A stretch of 34,527 nucleotides of DNA. It comes from a virus. Its lineage: Duplodnaviria; Caudoviricetes. Shown one piece after another: positions 34,179 through 34,527 of this stretch. Location of the stretch: the IMG/VR virus record IMGVR_UViG_3300020042_004530, positions 1 to 34,527 of that record; one strand, 5' to 3'. How positions within the stretch are numbered: the first letter of the stretch is position 1; each line of letters starts with the position of its first letter. The notes below the pieces were generated by a model. That model was given only the letters and a program-made list of their open reading frames with translations, had not been told where the DNA came from and ran no database searches. A program made the translations under genes and the position numbers.

Positions 34179-34421
34179 ATGGAACAGCACCAATACGAGG
34201 AAGTCATAAAGAGATTGGACACAATGCACAACGCTTTAGTAGGCAACCCTATTACGCAAGACGGGGGCATAGTTGGGCGTGTAGGCAAGTTAGAAGAATG
34301 TAGCACCAAACACGAACGGTTTATTAGCCGTTTGAAATGGTCGGGCGGTATCCTCGTAACATTGGCGGGAGTCTGTGGGTATATCTTTGACAAATTTGTA
34401 GACATCTTTAAATCACACTAA
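34179..34421 (+). CDS. Coiled-coil protein with C-terminal TM (holin/XhlA-like lysis accessory)
   Basis: GIVGRVGKLE; TM GILVTLAGVCGYIF; directly upstream of the holin-like gene. Confidence 0.55.
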   Translation: MEQHQYEEVIKRLDTMHNALVGNPITQDGGIVGRVGKLEECSTKHERFISRLKWSGGILVTLAGVCGYIFDKFVDIFKSH

Positions 34422-34527
34422 TATGAAAGTACCACCAGTAGTAATTGAATTATTTAAGCGTATTGCAACAGATAACCCCACTTTCTTTAAGTGGATTCAG
34501 TTTGTATCCGCTGTTATTGGCATTGTA
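34407..34527 (+). repeat. Terminal direct repeat (copy 2) carrying a variant allele of the holin 5' end
   Basis: Encodes KWIQFVSAVIGIV here versus KWVQFVSAVIGII at 83-121. Confidence 0.95.

Noticed and set aside
1-34527. Integrase/att site, CI-type repressor, DNA polymerase, tRNAs, alternative genetic code
   Set aside because: No supporting motifs recognised by eye; long genes are intact under the standard bacterial code with all three stop codons in use.

Overview
An apparently complete, circularly permuted dsDNA tailed phage genome of about 34,406 bp. Bases 34407-34527 repeat bases 1-121, exactly for 84 nt and then with 6 mismatches. Recurrent TAnnTTTG (-7) and TTTG (-33) promoter boxes, A-rich start regions without Shine-Dalgarno sequences, a BT4734/VirE-N-type primase and D(S/T)x glycosylation sequons point to a Bacteroidota host. 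Gene order: lysis (holin-like, u-spanin-like, TIGR02594-type endolysin); metallophosphoesterase and DUF3310; a leftward operon of small ORFs; a divergent promoter region; recombination and replication genes (Erf, SSB-like, VRR-NUC, primase-helicase, iteron-like origin); ParB-MTase, TerS, TerL; four glycan-modifying genes; HK97-type head genes; a fifth glycosyl enzyme (GT4); and a siphovirus tail with a -1 frameshift chaperone and a 627-aa tape measure. I recognise no integrase, CI-type repressor, DNA polymerase or tRNA. Main leads: (1) five cytoplasmic glycan enzymes embedded in the morphogenesis operon, a candidate virion glycosylation/O-methylation system; (2) a tail-fibre-position protein with a Sec signal peptide, and a sequon-rich spanin; (3) two promoter classes, promoter-ORF-terminator morons (one encoding an RNAP alpha-CTD-like domain) and candidate regulatory RNAs; (4) uncalled micro membrane peptides, two of them paralogous. 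All protein calls come from motif recognition by eye, not database searches.
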